Below are positions 37,101-49,497 of a DNA stretch of 64,000 nt, one piece after another (the first letter of the stretch is position 1; every line of letters starts with the position of its first letter). A program made the position numbers and the translations under genes. The stretch lies in assembly GCA_002269645.1 (NCBI GenBank), contig NIVC01001868.1, forward strand, positions 62,001 to 126,000. The letters run 5' to 3'. Source of the stretch: Macrostomum lignano. Lineage: Eukaryota. The notes beneath the pieces are model-generated. The model worked only from the letters and a program-made list of their open reading frames with translations. It was not told the DNA's origin and did no database searches.

Positions 37101-39842
37101 GGCCGGGCGCACACTGGGGGTGGCAGGCGGGTTGGAGACTGCGGTGTGGGCCGGGCGCACACTGGGGGTGGCAGGCGGGTTGGAGACTGCGGTGTGGGCC
37201 GGGCGCACACTGGGGGGGGGTGGCAGGCGGGTTGGAGACTGCGGTGTGGGCCGGGAACACACTGGGGGGTGGCAGGCGGGTTGGAGACTGCGGTGTGGGC
37301 CAGGCGCACACTGGGGAGGGGGTGGCAGGCGGGTTGGAGACTGCGGTGTGGGCCGGGCGCACACTGGGGGGTGGCAGGCGGGTTGGAGACTGCGGTGTGG
37401 GCCAGGCGCACACTGGGGGGGGGGTGGCAGGCGGGTTGGAGACTGCGGTGTGGGCCGGGCGCACACTGGGGGTGGCAGGCGGGTTGGAGACTGCGGTGTG
37501 GGCCGGGCGCACACTGGGGGGGGTGGCAGGCGGGTTGGAGACTGCGGTGTGGGCCGGGAACACACTGGGGGTGGCAGGCGGGTTGGAGACTGCGGTGTGG
37601 GCCAGGCGCACACTGGGGAGGGGTGGCAGGCGGGTTGGAGACTGCGGTGTGGGCCGGGCGCACACTGGGGGGGGGTGGCAGGCGGGTTGGAGACTGCGGT
37701 GTGGGCCAGGCGCACACTGGGGGTGGCAGGCGGGTTGGAGACTGCGGTGTGGGCCGGGCGCACACTGGGGGGGGTGGCAGGCGGGTTGGAGACTGCGGTG
37801 TGGGCCAGGCGCACACTGGGGGTGGCAGGCGGGTTGGAGACTGCGGTGTGGGCCAGGCGCACACTGGGGGTGGCAGGCGGGTTGGAGACTGCGGTGTGGG
37901 CCGGGCGCACACTGGGGGGGGGGTGGCAGGCGGGTTGGAGACTGCGGTGTGGGCCGGGCGCACACTGGGGGGTGGCAGGCGGGTTGGAGACTGCGGTGTG
38001 GGCCAGGCGCACACTGGGGGTGGCAGGCGGGTTGGAGACTGCGGTGTGGGCCGGGCGCACACTGGGGGGGGTGCAGGCGGGTTGGAGACTGCGGTGTGGG
38101 CCGGGCGCACACTGGGGAGGGGGTGGCAGGCGGGTTGGAGACTGCGGTGTGGGCCAGGCGCACACTGGGGGGGGTGGCAGGCGGGTTGGAGACTGCGGTG
38201 TGGGCCAGGCGCACACTGGGAGGGGGTGGCAGGCGGGTTGGAGACTGCGGTGTGGGCCGGGCGCACACTGGGGGGTGGCAGGCGGGTTGGAGACTGCGGT
38301 ATGGGCCAGACGCACACTGGGGGGGGGGTGGCAGGCGGGTTGGAGACTGCGGTGTGGGCCAGGCGCACACTGGGGAGGGGGTGGCAGGCGGGTTGGAGAC
38401 TGCGGTGTGGGCCAGGCGCACACTGGGGGGGGGTGGCAGGCGGGTTGGAGACTGCGGTGTGGGCCAGGCGCACACTGGGGAGGGGTGGCAGGCGGGTTGG
38501 AGACTGCGGTGTGGGCCGGGCGCACACTGGGAGGAGGTGGCAGGCGGGTTGGAGACTGCGGTGTGGGCCAGGCGCACACTGGGGGGGGTGGCAGGCGGGT
38601 TGGAGACTGCGGTGTGGGCCGGGCGCACACTGGGGAGGGGGTGGCAGGCGGGTTGGAGACTGCGGTGTGGGCCAGGCGCACACTGGGGGGTGGCAGGCGG
38701 GTTGGAGACTGCGGTGTGGGCCGGGCGCACACTGGGGGGTGGCAGGCGGGTTGGAGACTGGGGGTGGGCCAGGCGCACACTGGGAGGGGGTGGCAGGTGG
38801 GTTGGAGACTGCGGTGTGGGCCGGGCGCACACTGGGGGGTGGCAGGCGGGTTGGAGACTGCGGTGTGGGCCAGGCGCACACTGGGGGGTGGCAGGCGGGT
38901 TGGAGACTGCGGTGTGGGCCGGGCGCACACTGGGGTGGCAGGCGGGTTGGAGACTGCGGTGTGGGCCGGGCGCACACTGGGGGGGGTGGCAGGCGGGTTG
39001 GAGACTGCGGTGTGGGCCAGGCGCACACTGGGGGTGGCAGGCGGGTTGGAGACTGCGGTGTGGGCCGGGCGCACACTGGGGGGGGGTGGCAGGCGGGTTG
39101 GAGACTGCGGTGTGGGCCAGGCGCACACTGGGGGTGGCAGGCGGGTTGGAGACTGCGGTGTGGGCCGGGCGCACACTGGGGGGGGGTGGCAGGCGGTTGG
39201 AGACTGCGGTGTGGGCCGGGCGCACACTGGGGAGGGGGTGGCAGGCGGGTTGGAGACTGCGGTGTGGGCCAGGCGCACACTGGGGGGGGGTGGCAGGCGG
39301 GTTGGAGACTGCGGTGTGGGCCAGGCGCACACTGGGGGGTGGCAGGCGGGTTGGAGACTGCGGTGTGGGCCGGGCGCACACTGGGGGTGGCAGGCGGGTT
39401 GGAGACTGCGGTGTGGGCCGGGCGCACACTGGGGGGTGGCAGGCGGGTTGGAGACTGCGGTGTGGGCCAGGCGCACACTGGGGAGACTGCGGTGTGGGCC
39501 GGGCGCACACTGGGGGTGGCAGGCGGGTTGGAGACTGCGGTGTGGGCCAGGCGCACACTGGGAGGGGGTGGCAGGCGGGTTGGAGACTGCTGTGTGGGCC
39601 GGGCGCACACTGGGGGGTGGCAGGCGGGTTGGAGACTGCTGTGTGGGCCAGGCGCACACTGGGGGGGGGGTGGCAGGCGGGTTGGAGACTGCGGTGTGGG
39701 CCGGGCGCACACTGGGGGTGGCAGGCGGGTTGGAGACTGCGGTGTGGGCCAGGCGCACACTGGGGGGGGGGTGGCAGGCGGGTTGGAGACTGCGGTGTGG
39801 GCCGGGCGCTGATTAACTCATAAAGAAACACACACACCTCAT
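34154..39842 (-). CDS. ABHD11: Alpha/beta hydrolase ABHD11-like, 5 exons, 286 aa
   Basis: Exons 39842-39838 (ATGAG|gt), 36906-36594, 36163-35984, 35844-35648 and 34319-34154, all in phase. Motifs PPLLVLHGLFG..RNW, ADLRNHGDSPH, LLGHSLGGK (nucleophile), LIVVDASP, FLLTNL, WRINL, PTVFIGGSKS and AGHWVHADRP. The 5-nt first coding exon is inferred. Confidence 0.92.
34337..35625. repeat. 17-bp minisatellite in ABHD11 intron 4 (GATAGCTAATTGTCAGC)
   Basis: About 75 copies with 12-bp deletion variants. Confidence 0.96.
36190..36510. repeat. 22-bp minisatellite in ABHD11 intron 2 (CTCACCCTGACTCCAATCTGAT)
   Basis: About 14 copies. Confidence 0.92.
36880..39808 (-). repeat. ~49-56-bp minisatellite in ABHD11 intron 1, made of the 3' splice site plus the first 35 nt of exon 2
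   Basis: Sense-strand unit ctgcca(c)n ag|TGTGCGCC(T/C)GGCCCACACCGCAGTCTCCAACCCGC; roughly 55-60 copies with a variable C run. Confidence 0.95.
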
Positions 39843-40024
39843 AGTCGGTAGCGGTCACAATGCAGAGTAGTTAAAAAATCACCTCAGCCAAGCAGGGTGA
39901 AGCGGCTGACAAACAAGTTCACTCGGAGAAAATTTCAGCACTGAAAATTTAGTGGTTGTAAAATGGATTTACTGACCATTTTAAGTGAATGCAGCGTTTT
40001 ATTGGAAACATGTGGGCTAGCGTG

Positions 40025-40160
40025 GGTGCTGTGTGTCTGGGGTGTGAGATGCTGGGTGCTGAGTGCTGTGTCTGGGGTGTGAGATGCTGGGTGCTGAGTG
40101 CTGTGTCTGAGGTGCGAGATGCCGGGTGCCTCAGTGTCTGAGGTGTGAGATGCTGTGTGC
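40025..40160. repeat. Short degenerate ~35-bp repeat, 3-4 copies
   Basis: Unit GTGTCTGGGGTGTGAGATGCTGGGTGCTGAGTGCT. Confidence 0.75.
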
Positions 40161-40892
40161 TTCGGTAGGGAGATAAAATAATGAGAACAAGGCAGTTAAG
40201 ACTCAGCAAGCTTAATGTAATACGTACAGAAATATTTATATAAAACAGCAATACAAATTGCAGCGCCAAAGCAACACTGAAGCGAAACCCGTTACAAATT
40301 CCAAGCTTTAATCAAGCTATTGAAGCCAGTGGAAATGCGGCGAAAAACTTATTGTTAGTGAATCGCATTATTGTTATTAAAATATTAATAAAATTCAAAA
40401 AGCTTATATAAAAAAGCTGTTATATTGCAAAAACTAATAAAAATATGTAAGCAGCCACTGATGACTATAAACTGCACAAATCAATTAAAGAGATTCAGCA
40501 GATGTGTTTGTGTCATTTGCAACTGTTAATACATAATGTGAATATTGAGTTCTATCCAAAAGATATGGCATAATATTTGATAGCAATTTTGTGCATAATA
40601 CTGAGCAGCCATATTTAAAATCTATATATAAAAAATTATCAAAACAAAAATATAACACACTGTAGAAAATTTAATTAGTAAATATTCTACATAATAATTT
40701 TATAGTAAGGCCTTAATAAAAGTATGGATATCATTGAAAGCTGACTCGCGAGTAAGCAAATTTTTAATGCAAAAATACACTGCAGAGGGCATTTTGACTT
40801 CAGCTATGGGTAAAGAGTTAAAAAGTGTGTAAATAGAACTCTTCTCATGCAGGTCAGTAAAGCACCTTGATTCGACTTTGGATATCATTGCA

Positions 40893-41715
40893 CAGTGATT
40901 GATAGGGTTGATATCAGCTCATTGATATGATTGATAGGGTTGATATCAGCTCATTGATATGATAGATAGGGTTGATATCAGCTCATTGATGTGATAGATA
41001 GGGTTGATATCAGCTCATTGATATGATTGATAGGGTTGATATCAGCTCATTGATATGATAGATAGGGTTGATATCAGCTCATTGATGTGATAGATAGGGT
41101 TGATATCAGCTCATTGATGTGATAGATAGGGTTGATATCAGCTCATTGATGTGATAGATAGGGTTGATATCAGCTCATTGATATGATAGATAGGGTTGAT
41201 ATCAGCTCATTGATGTGATAGATAGGGTTGATATCAGCTCATTGATATGATAGATAGGGTTGATATCAGCTCATTGATATGATAGATAGGGTTGATATCA
41301 GCTCATTGATGTGATAGATAGGGTTGATATCAGCTCATTGATGTGATAGATAGGGTTGATATCAGCTCATTGATATGATAGATAGGGTTGATATCAGCTC
41401 ATTGATATGATAGATAGGGTTGATATCAGCTCATTGATATGATAGATAGGGTTGACATCAGCTCATTGATGTGATAGATAGGGTTGATATCAGCTCATTG
41501 ATGTGATAGATAGGGTTGATATCAGCTCATTGATATGATAGATAGGGTTGATATCAGCTCATTGATATGATAGATAGGGTTGATATCAGCTCATTGATAT
41601 GATAGATAGGGTTGATATCAGCTCATTGATATGATTGATAGGGTTGATATCAGCTCATTGATATGATAGATAGGGTTGATATCAGCTCATTGATATGATT
41701 GATACAGTTGATATA
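40893..41715. repeat. 32-bp minisatellite (GATAGGGTTGATATCAGCTCATTGATATGATA)
   Basis: About 25 copies. Confidence 0.96.
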
Positions 41716-41989
41716 AAATAAAATCTGTAAAACTTTTCAGTAACAAAAATAAAAAGGGACAGGAGAATCACACTACTAATAGTAAAAATAATTTATTTAG
41801 CGATCTTTATACACTTCTAATCAAGGATTGTCAATCTGCTGATGCCTGCACATGCTGGGTGGTCATTAACTTAAGTGATTATTTTTGGTTTATAAAATAC
41901 TGCATCATTTATTTTATCGCCTTCACTCAGAAATGTAGTTGCTTTGATTATTTCCGTCCCAATTTGGTGTTGATTTCGCTGCGTCTGCC

Positions 41990-42570
41990 CTAATTTGTTG
42001 TTGATTTTGCTGTGTCTCTCCTAACTTGTTGTTGATTTTGCTGTGTCTCTCCTAACTTGTTGTTGATTTTGCTGTGTCTCTCCTAACTTGTTGTTGATTT
42101 TGCTGTGTCTCTCCTAACTTGTTGTTGATTTTGCTGTGTCTCTCCTAACTTGTTGCTTTGATGTGTCTCTCCTAATTTGTTGTTTTTTTATGTGGTCTCT
42201 CCTAATTTGTTGTTGTTTTTTATGTGTCTCTCCTAATTTGTTGTTGATTTTGCTGTGTCTCTCCTAATTTGTTGTTGTTTTTTATGTGTCCCTCCTAATT
42301 TGTTGTTGTTTTTATGTGTCTCTCCTAATTTGTTGTTGATTTTGCTGTGTCTCTCCTAATTTGTTGCTTTGATGTGTCTCTCCTAATTTGTTGTTGTTTT
42401 TTATGTGTCTCTCCTAATTTGTTGTTGTTTTTTATGTGTCTCTCCTAATTTGTTGTTGATTTTGCTGTCTCTCCTAATTTGTTGTTGTTTTTTATGTGTC
42501 TCTCCTAATTTGTTGTTGATTTTGCTGTGTCTCTCCTAATTTGTTGTTGTTTTTTGTGTCTGCCCTAATT
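41990..42570. repeat. ~31-bp minisatellite directly after the ADAP1 stop (TGTTGATTTTGCTGTGTCTCTCCTAATTTGT)
   Basis: About 18 copies. Confidence 0.93.
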
Positions 42571-42602
42571 TGTTGTTTGCTGTGCCTGTCCCTGTTGGGA
42601 TG

Positions 42603-45600
42603 TCAGACGTTGCTGCGGGTCATCGAGTACAGGCAGTCCTGCGGAGTAGGCGACGAATCCAGCAGGTTGTCGATGGCGGTGAGCCACTGCTGGCAGGCGG
42701 CGGCGGAGTCGGCGGAGAACACATAGTCCCTGTCTGGCGTGCTCAGAGTGAACACGTGCTGTCCGGCCGGTTTGACTTTCTTCCTGAAGCCGGGCGGGGG
42801 CCCAGCCGAGATGCTGTAAGCCGGCCGCTGTCCCAGCCAGATCTCGCCTCTCGGCCGGGGCTCCATGAAGCCGGCGCAGTAGAACAGCGACCGGCGCAGC
42901 AGGAAGCACCAGCGGCGCTGCCAGGCCTCCGTCTGGTTTGGCCCGGTCTTGGCCAGCCAGCCGCACACGGCGAAGTCGTAAGTTAGCGGCAGTCGGAGCA
43001 GCTCCTCGGGAGACAGCAGCGACACCCGATAGCGATAGTACTTGCAGCCGCGGATGGCGTTGTACCAGCTGATGATCTCCTGCTCCTGTTCATGGTACAC
43101 GTACAGGCTGCGAGTGCGGCCCTGGTCCGGGTACAGGATCTGCATCAGGTTGGGGTGGCTGCCCTCCACGGCGACGCCAACCATCGTCACGTTCAGCTGA
43201 CAGTGACGGGAGAAAATTTAGCAGCAAATTGAAATTGAAATCTGTGCCGCTGGTGTGCAAAACACAGAGGGGCCCACAAATACGCCATGAAATCACGGAC
43301 AGGTGATCAAGGACACGAAGGATTATTTGAAGACAGGCAGTCAAGACACACGAGGACAGGTCAGCAGACACTGAAGGACAGGTCAGCAAAGACACTCAAG
43401 GACAGGTCAGCAGACACTGAAGGACAGGTCAGCAAAGACACACAAGGACAGGTCAGCAGACACTGAAGGACAGGTTAGCAAAGACACACAAGGACAGGTC
43501 AGCAAAAACACATGGACAGGTCAGCAAAGACACACGAGGACAGGTCAGCAGACACTGAAGGACAGGTCAGCAAAGACACACAAGGACAGGTCAGCAGACA
43601 CTGAAGGACAGGTCAGCAAAGACACACAAGGACAGGTCAGCAAAAACACATGGACAGGTCAGCAAAGACACACAAGGACAGGTCAGCAATGACACACAAG
43701 GACAGGTCAGCAAAGACACACAAGGATAGGTCAGCAAAGACACACAAGGACAGGTCAGCAGACACTGAAGGACAGGTCGGCAATGACACACAAGGACAGG
43801 TCGGCAATGACACACAAGGACAGGTCGGCAATGACACACAAGGACAGGTCGGCAATGACACACAAGGACAGGTCAGCAATGACACACAAGGACAGGTCAG
43901 CAAAGACACACAAGGACAGGTCAGCAAAGACACACAAGGACAGGTCGGCAATGACACACAAGGACAGGTCGGCAATGACACACAAGGACAGGTCAGCAAT
44001 GACACACAAGGACAGGTCAGCAAAGACACACAAGGACAGGTCAGCAAAGACACACAAGGACAGGTCGGCAATGACACACAAGGACAGGTCAGCAAAAACA
44101 CATGGACAGGTCAGCAATGACACACAAGGACAGGTCAGCAAAGACACACAAGGACAGGTCAGCAGACACTGAAGGACAGGTCGGCAAAGACACACAAGGA
44201 CAGGTCGGCAATGACACACAAGGACAGGTCGGCAATGACACACAAGGACAGGTCGGCAATGACACACAAGGACAGGTCGGCAATGACACACAAGGACAGG
44301 TCAGCAATGACACACAAGGACAGGTCAGCAAAGACACACAAGGACAGGTCGGCAATGACACACAAGGACAGGTCGGCAATGACACACAAGGACAGGTCGG
44401 CAATGACACACAAGGACAGGTCAGCAAAAACACATGGACAGGTCAGCAATGACACACAAGGACAGGTCGGCAATGACACACAAGGACAGGTCGGCAATGA
44501 CACACAAGGACAGGTCGGCAAAGACACACAAGGACAGGTCAGCAATGACACACAAGGACAGGTCAGCAAAGACACACAAGGACAGGTCAGCAAAGACACA
44601 CAAGGACAGGTCGGCAATGACACACAAGGACAGGTCGGCAATGACACACAAGGACAGGTCAGCAAAAACACATGGACAGGTCAGCAATGACACACAAGGA
44701 CAGGTCGGCAATGACACACAAGGACAGGTCGGCAATGACACACAAGGACAGGTCGGCAAAGACACACAAGGACAGGTCAGCCATGACACACAAGGACAGG
44801 TCAGCAAAGACACACAAGGACAGGTCAGCAAAGACACACAAGGACAGGTCAGCAAAAACACATGGACAGGTCAGCAATGACACACAAGGACAGGTCAGCA
44901 AAGACACACAAGGACAGGTCAGCAGACACTGAAGGACAGGTCGGCAAAGACACACAAGGACAGGTCGGCAATGACACACAAGGACAGGTCGGCAATGACA
45001 CACAAAGACAGGTCAGCAAAAACACATGGACAGGTCAGCAATGACACACAAGGACAGGTCAGCAAAGACACACAAGGACAGGTCAGCAGACACTGAAGGA
45101 CAGGTCGGCAAAGACACACAAGGACAGGTCGGCAATGACACACAAGGACAGGTCAGCAGACACTGAAGGACAGGTCGGCAATGACACACAAGGACAGGTC
45201 AGCAGACACTGAAGGACAGGTCGGCAATGACACACAAGGACAGGTCAGCAAAGACACACAAGGACAGGTCGGCAAAGACACACAAGGACAGGTCAGCAAA
45301 GACACACAAGGACAGGTCAGCAAAGACACACAAGGACAGGTCGGCAAAGACACACAAGGACAGGTCGGCAATGACACACAAGGACAGGTCAGCAATGACA
45401 CACGGACCAACAAAGCCCATCCCACAGTGGCCCAACTCACCCTATCAATGGGAATGGTGGCCTTGACCTCCCTAGCGCTGCCGTCCTTCACAAAGTACCG
45501 CAGATAATTATCCCTCTCGGACAGTTCAAAAATTCTGGAAAAGTACTTGTCCGAATCTTTCGACCGTTTCCACAGTTGGCCCTCCTTGGTGAAGCCGCCG

Positions 45601-46415
45601 CCGCCGCCCATCCGATGGTAGGCGGCCTGCAGTGCGGGGTCACAGAACTCCCTGCGCCTGTACTTGGCCAGCACGAACTGGTGCCGGATGGCGTCAGCCT
45701 CACCGACTGCGTGCGGTTTCGGCCGGCGATAAAAGGCCGGCAGGTTGCGCTCGAGCTCCTGGGCCACCGCCAGATTGCCCAGAAGGCTAGCCAGCTCGGC
45801 CGGCTGCCAGGAGTCCCGGTCAACCGATCTGGTGCGGAATCCTAGCCGCCTGTGGAATTGTGCGGACATTGTTTAGGGATTTTAAATTGGGGAACCCAGT
45901 CTAATTCCCCTTTTAGACCGAGTATTGCTATTGGCTATTCTAGTGGACACCCAGATCTTGTCATTAGATACCAGTGGACACCCAGATCTTGTCATTAGAT
46001 ACCAGCGGACACCCAGATCTTGTCATTAGATACCAGTGGACACCCAGATCTTGTCATTAGATACCAGTGGACACCCAGATCTTGTCATTAGATACCAGTG
46101 GACACCCAGATCTTGTCATTAGATACCAGCGGACACCCAGATCTTGTCATTAGATACCAGTGGACACCCAGATCTTGTTATTAGATTCCAGTGGACACCC
46201 GCTCACGAAGGTCACCTGTAGACGGCGGCGCAGGCTACGCAAGCGAAGGTGCCGCCAGTCTCCAGGCCGACTACGCTAGTTGGCCTGGCGCCGCACTCTG
46301 CGCAGCTGGCATTCTCGCCTTTATTGGCTAGGGCGCGTATCGGCGAAACTGCCTCGCCGCTATTGGCTGGCTGGCTGTAGCCAGGCGACTTCTGATTGGC
46401 CGAGGCGAAAGCCAT
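42603..46415 (-). CDS. ADAP1: ArfGAP with dual PH domains (centaurin-alpha), 3 exons, 400 aa
   Basis: Exons 46415-46216, 45849-45441 and 43196-42603, in phase. CxxC-x16-CxxC ArfGAP finger, PAFYRRP, QFVLAKYRRREF, PH1 KEGQLWKR, PH2 GWLAKTGPNQTEAWQRRW and TPDRDYVF. Confidence 0.95.
43325..45410. repeat. 24-bp minisatellite filling ADAP1 intron 2 (GGACAGGTCAGCAAAGACACACAA)
   Basis: About 85 copies including 22-bp variants. Confidence 0.97.
45942..46200. repeat. 31-bp minisatellite in ADAP1 intron 1 (CAGTGGACACCCAGATCTTGTCATTAGATAC)
   Basis: About 8 copies. Confidence 0.95.
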
Positions 46416-46626
46416 CTGCTATTGGTTGACGCTTTTCTTGCTACTGCAATGCATCAATCATTTTAGGACAGAAAAATAAGCGGCCTAGATTTGGAATTCG
46501 ATATTCTACTTAAACTACTTAAAACGGTGTAAATCAAGTAGTATTTGAAATCAACTCGGTTCACAAAATCGAAATTTTACAACGTAAAAGCGTAAGGAAC
46601 ATGAAACATAGAATTAGCTGCCAACG

Positions 46627-46935
46627 ATTTAGGTTATGGTAGGGTTAAATGAGGGTTAGGGTTTAGGTTAGGATAGGGTAGGCTTTAAGTGAGGGTTAGG
46701 GTTTAGATCATGGTAGGGTTTAGGGTTTAAACTAGGGTTTACGTTACGTTAGGGCTTAAGTGGGGGTTAGAGTTTAGGTTAAAGAAGGGTTCATGTGATC
46801 GAGGGTTAGAGTTTAGATTAGGGTAGGGTTTATGAGTTTATGTTACGGTAGGGTTTAGGAGAGCGTTAGATTTTAGGTTACGGTAGGGCTTAGGAGAGGG
46901 TTAGAGTTTAGGTTACGGTAATTTGGGTCTAGGGC
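46627..46935 (+). repeat. Degenerate telomere-like (TTAGGG-rich) interstitial repeat
   Basis: Many GGGTTAGGGTTTAGG / TTAGGGTTTA variants. Confidence 0.7.
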
Positions 46936-47629
46936 CGGCAGTCAATTGTCGTAGACCCAGAAGCACAATAATTACTATAATTACTAGTTAATAGACTAAC
47001 CAATTAAGCATTCTGGACTATCAGCTAGAAAAATAAAATCTGAAAGTTCAGTTAACAACCTGAATAATAGAATCAACGGGTTATGTGTTGTATGTATTTT
47101 TCTACAAATTAGAAGCACATATTGATCTTGTAGAGTAGTAAACGTTGCCAGAGTCTATTATAGTAAGTATTGTATAACATATTGCTAATTAAGACTGTCA
47201 ACTGAGTATAGAAGCTAGTGGACCCGGCAGCGACAGAAAAGAAATCATAATAACAATAAAAGCTATTAGCAATAATAATTAAGCGAATATGAATGAAAGC
47301 CTATGAATTCCTGCACAGGACAGACATACGCGCGGATATGCCTAATGGCCTGAGCCAAATCACCTTCCTTTGCTTTTAATTGAAGATTTCAAATAATAAA
47401 AAATTATAAAAGGAAAGTATTGGGCCCAGCTACCAATACTACATTTCCAACAATATATATATAATTGATCTACAAGATAGATTACTAACTATTAGATTTA
47501 AGGATAATAAAATAGAATAATAAATTGACCGCAATGTACCCTTGGCTTTAGGAATATAGATAGCGAATAACGGGGATAAAACCCGTATAGAAAGTTCATA
47601 GAATTAGAATAGGTTCATAGAATAATAGA

Positions 47630-49358
47630 CCTGTCATAGTGTCTTTATGCCTTGGCTGACCTGTCTTTGTGTGTCTTTGCTGACCTGTCCATGTGTTTTT
47701 GCTGACCTGTCCTTGTGTGTCTTTTCTGACCTGTCCATGTGTTTTTGCTGACCTGTCCTTGTGTGTCTTTGCTGACCTGTCCTTGTGTTTTTGCTGACCT
47801 GTCTTTGTGTGTCTTTGCTGACCTGTCCTTGTGTTTTTGCTGACCTGTCCTTGTGTGTCTTTGCTGACCTGTCCTTGTGTTTTTGCTGACCTGTCTTTGT
47901 GTGTCTTTGCTGACCTGTCCTTGTGTTTTTGCTGACCTGTCCTTGGGTGTCTTTGCTGACCTGTCCTTGTGTGTCTTTGCTGACCTGTCCTTGTGTTTTT
48001 GCTGACCTGTCCTTGTGTGTCTTTGCTGACCTGTCCTTGGGTGTCTTTGCTGACCTGTCCTTGTGTGTCTTTTCTGACCTGTCCTTGTGTGTCTTTGCTG
48101 ACCTGTCCATGTGTTTTTGCTGACCTGTCCTTGGGTGTCTTTGCTGACCTGTCCTTGAGTGTCTGCTGACCTGTCCTTGTGTGACTTGCTGACCTGTCCT
48201 TGTGTGTCTTTGCTGACCTGTCCATGTGTTTTTGCTGACCTGTCCTTGTGTGTCTTTGCTGACCTGTCCTTGGGTGTCTTTGCTGACCTGTCCTTGAGTG
48301 TCTGCTGACCTGTCCTTGTGTGTCTTTGCTGACCTGTCCTTGTGTGTCTTTGCTGACCTGTCCTTGTGTGTCTTTGCTGACCTGTCCATGTGTTTTTGCT
48401 GACCTGTCCTTGTGTGTCTTTGCTGACCTGTCCTTGTGTTTTTGCTGACCTGTCCTTGTGTGTCATTTCTGACCTGTCCTTGTGTGTCATTGCTGACCTG
48501 TCCTTGTGTTTTTGCTGACTTGTCCTTGTGTGTCTTTGCTGACCTGTCCATGTGTTTTTGCTGACCTGTCCTTGTGTGTCTTTTCTGACCTGTCCATGTG
48601 TTTTTGCTGACCTGTCCTTGTGTGTCTTTGCTGACCTGTCCTTGTGTTTTTGCTGACCTGTCTTTGTGTGTCTTTGCTGACCTGTCCTTGTGTGTCATGG
48701 CTGACCTGTCCATGTGTTTTTGCTGACCTGTCCTTGTGTGTCTTTGCTGACCTGTCCTTGTGTTTTTGCTGACCTGTCTTTGTGTGTCTTTGCTGACCTG
48801 TCCATGTGTTTTTGCTGACCTGTCCTTGTGTGTCTTTGCTGACCTGTCCTTGTGTGTCTTTGCTGACCTGTCCTTGTGTTTTTGCTGACCTGTCCTTGTG
48901 TGTCATGGCTGACCTGTCCATGTGTTTTTGCTGACCTGTCCTTGTGTGTCTTTGCTGGCCTGTCCTTGTGTGTCATGGCTGACCTGTCCTTGTGTGTCTT
49001 TGCTGACCTGTCCTTGTGTGTCTTTGCTGACCTGTCCTTGTGTGTCTTTGCTGACCTGTCCTTGTGTTTTTGCTGACCTGTCTTTGTGTGTCTTTGCTGA
49101 CCTGTCCATGTGTTTTTGCTGACCTATCCTTGTGTGTCTTTGCTGACCTGTCCTTGTGTTTTTGCTGACCTGTCCTTGTGTGTCATGGCTGACCTGTCCA
49201 TGTGTTTTTGCTGACCTGTCCTTGTGTGTCTTTGCTGGCCTGTCCTTGTGTGTCATGGCTGACCTGTCCTTGTGTGTCTTTGCTGACCTGTCCTTGTGTG
49301 TCTTTGCTGACCTGTCCTTGTGTGTCTTTGCTGACCTGTCCTTGAGTGTCTTTGCTGA
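47630..49358. repeat. 22-24-bp minisatellite, inverted relative to the ADAP1 intron 2 array (GCTGACCTGTCCTTGTGTGTCTTT)
   Basis: Reverse complement of the 43325-45410 unit, including its AAAAACACATGG and CAGACACTCAAGG variants. Confidence 0.96.
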
Positions 49359-49497
49359 CAAATGCTTGAAAATATTTGGGTAAAGTTTAGGAAAAGATTA
49401 GGTTTGTGAAACTACTAAAGCACTGTTCCAGTCAGAAGAACGCTTGAATCAATGGAAGAAGACAGCCGGCCATTGAAACACCGCAGCTGTCAGAGCC

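Noticed and set aside
36594-39823. ~1000-aa Gly/Trp-rich ORFs on the + strand
   Set aside because: They are antisense translations of the ABHD11 intron-1 array and resemble no known protein.
43591-49383. Numerous THKDRSAK, LLTCPCVS and DTQGQV ORFs
   Set aside because: Translations of the 24-bp arrays.
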